Positions 63,601 through 64,000 of a stretch of 64,000 nucleotides of DNA are shown here, in pieces. Each line of letters begins with the position of its first letter. Position 1 is the stretch's first letter. The notes beneath the pieces are model-generated. The model was not told where the DNA came from and searched no databases. It saw only the letters and a program-made list of their open reading frames with translations. Origin of the DNA: Mytilus trossulus (lineage: Eukaryota); NCBI RefSeq assembly GCF_036588685.1, contig NC_086373.1, forward strand, positions 42,904,001 to 42,968,000. The letters are read 5' to 3'. A program made the position numbers and the translations under genes.

Positions 63601-64000
63601 ATAGAACTAAAACACAAATGGGAGGTGTACATGTAAAATAAATTCAAAAGAAAAGCTTTTTTATTTTTATTTTTTAATTTCTTTTTTATATGTTCAAAGT
63701 GTGACTAGAAATAAAATAAAATTATATGACAAATAGGTTTTTGCACTGATATATACAACAATATAAATATAAATTTGTTTATTACATTAAATTGTCTTTG
63801 GTATTGATTTTAATATAATTGGTAAATACTAGTATATATGCAAGGGCTTAAAATATTGATTTTTCTGAATTTAAAGAATAGAGTTACCTTCCATAGACCA
63901 TACACAAGGTAATATCATTTGAACTTTATATTGTGAATATTGAGGTTTTCAGGTTTACAACAAAATAAGAAAGATTTATATGCTCAAATGTCAAATTGTT

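Overview
AT-rich animal genomic DNA. The repeat landscape looks like a bivalve such as Mytilus, but that is inference. The six-frame ORF track misses most host genes because they are spliced, so I assembled them by hand from splice signals and phase consistency. (1) Three tandem minus-strand paralogues (2805-9843, 12125-23474, 25945-32719) encode ~180-aa CYYR1/Shisa-like type I membrane proteins. Each has a tiny variable Cys/Tyr-rich ectodomain and a Pro/Tyr/Gln tail ending in PPSY and PTAP motifs. (2) A divergently oriented plus-strand gene (35263-38817) has the same 4-exon, phase 1-2-1 structure, almost no ectodomain and a C-terminal ESYV PDZ-type ligand. (3) A five-coding-exon TIMP gene (55311-59922, minus) has a GC-AG intron and lacks the Cys70-equivalent partner of Cys1. 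The rest is nested mobile DNA: a HERO-like RLE retrotransposon, CR1/L2-type LINE remnants split by DNA transposons (one Zator-like), Penelope-like RT fragments, Helitron and Helentron non-autonomous elements, MITEs/foldbacks, an SGNH-containing LINE-ORF1-like ORF, and several short repeats carrying minimal type I hammerhead ribozyme motifs.
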